DNA from: Malacoraja senta
Lineage: Eukaryota
NCBI GenBank assembly: GCA_038087875.1
Contig: CM075993.1
Span: 10,542,001 to 10,606,000 of the forward strand
Direction: 5' to 3'
DNA: 64,000 nt
The position numbers and the translations under genes are program-made. Of the stretch, positions 63,153-64,000 are shown one piece after another; position 1 is the stretch's first letter; every line of letters starts with the position of its first letter. The notes under the pieces were generated by a model that ran no database searches, was not told where the DNA came from, and saw only the letters and a program-made list of their open reading frames with translations.

Positions 63153-64000
63153 CTGCACAGAAAGATTAACAGTGTGTTATTTGGCAAGGTAAATATATTC
63201 AGTTCATACAAAATAATTCTTTCCATTAGAAACCGCACAGACTGCTCCACTTCTTTTGCTCCATTATCCTTATGGATGTTGTGATGCATAAGTTAAATGG
63301 ATTAGTTGTGAAAAAGGTGATCATTTCATTACAGTTTCAGTTTAGGTTATTGTCACGTGAAAAGTTTTTGTTGTCTGCTATCCAGTCAGCAGAAAGACAA
63401 AACATGATTACAATTGAGCCATTTACAACGTATAGATGCATGATAAGGGAATAACGTTTAGTGCAAGGTAAAACCAGTAACGTCCGATCAAGGGTAGGAG
63501 TTTAAGATCATAGTTGAAGTAAGAATATTTGCTGGAGGAATAGAGATTTAAGAGTGCGGAGCAATTGCATGATGTGTTTGTAGATCTGCTTATCTGGCTA
63601 GCACACAAATAGTTGCCTGCGTTGGGCGCCATCTTGGAAGCTAGCTGCAGTATTTCATATATTCTGCATCACCTTCTGTGGTTGGGTAAGAACATATACT
63701 GGGGAAGCAGCAATTGAGCTCTCTTGGGCTGAAACATGACATACAATAAATGTCAACTGCAGATGCTGGTTTACACTGAAGATAAACACAAAATGGTGGT
63801 GCAACTCAGCAGGTCAGGCAGTATCTCTGAAGAAAATGGAATAGGTGAAGATTCAGATCAAAACCTTTGTTCGGACTGGGACTCAGGGGAGAGGGAAACT
63901 AGAGGTATGAAATGGTTCAGAACCGGCAGAGCTGGCACCGATGACCAAGGAAAGGTGGAGCCCACAATGCAAGGGGCTTATTCTACTGGATAAAACAGAA

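Noticed and set aside
63627..63635. YY1-like CGCCATCTT motif
   Set aside because: Single short motif in an intron with no supporting promoter context

Overview
Eukaryotic, repeat-rich vertebrate genomic DNA. The repeat complement (tRNA-derived SINEs, CR1 tails, Penelope fragments) suggests a cartilaginous fish, probably a skate or ray; this is an inference. The window holds the HERC1-FBXL22-USP3 block seen at human 15q22: the last five coding exons of HERC1 (+, HECT domain, stop at 17607), the complete two-exon FBXL22 CDS (-, 225 aa) and the last seven coding exons of USP3 (-). All exons were delimited by GT/AG signals with consistent phases. Between HERC1 and FBXL22 lie the more unusual items: (1) a decayed HAUS6 (augmin subunit 6)-like gene on the minus strand, with a long intronless first segment, an intact splice donor and further degenerate exons; (2) a 22-unit, 29-bp minisatellite in which essentially every unit carries a CTCF-consensus core; (3) four tandem ZNF143/THAP11-type motifs; (4) a rearranged IR/DR Tc1 element joined to a Tx1-like LINE. 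Also present are a non-autonomous Helitron, four PIF/Harbinger-like MITEs, Penelope-derived palindromes with hammerhead-like motifs, and a compact muscle-type promoter upstream of FBXL22. No prokaryotic system or CRISPR array was found. Homology calls come from recognising sequences, not from database searches.
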